A stretch of 16,547 nucleotides of DNA from Opitutia bacterium (GTDB lineage: Bacteria > Verrucomicrobiota > Verrucomicrobiia > Opitutales > T3Sed10-336): assembly GCA_050506795.1 (NCBI GenBank), contig JBJHCF010000068.1:1-16547 (forward strand). Direction: 5' to 3'. This document shows, one piece after another, positions 16,518 to 16,547 of this stretch (positions are counted from its first letter, which is position 1; each line of letters opens with the position of its first letter). Both the position numbers and the translations under genes were made by a program. Below the pieces are notes generated by a model, which was not told the DNA's origin, made no database searches, and saw only the letters and a list, made by a program, of their open reading frames with translations.

Positions 16518-16547
16518 AGAGAGAGAGAGAGAGAGAGAGAGTGTGTG
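16518..16547. repeat. Dinucleotide simple sequence repeat (AG)12 followed by (TG)3 at the window edge
   Basis: Read directly: agagagagagagagagagagagag (16518-16541), then tgtgtg. Confidence 0.95.

Noticed and set aside
1..16547. CRISPR array, rRNA/tRNA, T6SS structural genes
   Set aside because: No regularly spaced repeats, RNA gene signatures or VgrG/PAAR/Hcp motifs were seen.

Overview
Almost all real coding in this window is on the minus strand. It reads as one probable surface/toxin locus: secreted LamG-fold protein (15397-16275) > giant secreted Ca-binding multi-lectin-fold protein (10355-15289) > membrane-anchored HEAT-repeat protein (9251-10333) > secreted LamG + TSP3-repeat protein (8124-9254) > 2051-aa Rhs/YD-repeat toxin (1940-8095) > putative membrane immunity protein (1215-1898) > orphan Rhs C-terminal fragment (863-1195). 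The orphan fragment is cut off by a RAYT-type HUH (Y1) transposase gene (<1-820), which the supplied ORF track misses because it runs off the window edge. The Rhs is unusual: it has a Sec-type signal peptide, a TPR-like region, a C39-like peptidase with an apparently intact Cys-His-Asp triad, a ~280-aa DUF4214-like helical insertion within the YD repeats, and an Ig-like insertion that seems to lack its first strand. The protein encoded just upstream ends in a peptide resembling that missing strand, suggesting a split-Ig (donor-strand) coupling of a lectin-like adaptor to the toxin cage. The leader carries two tandem intrinsic terminators and an (AG)12 tract at the window end. Gene content is reminiscent of Verrucomicrobiota (Opitutales/Puniceicoccales); this is inference. 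All domain calls come from motif reading by eye, not database searches.
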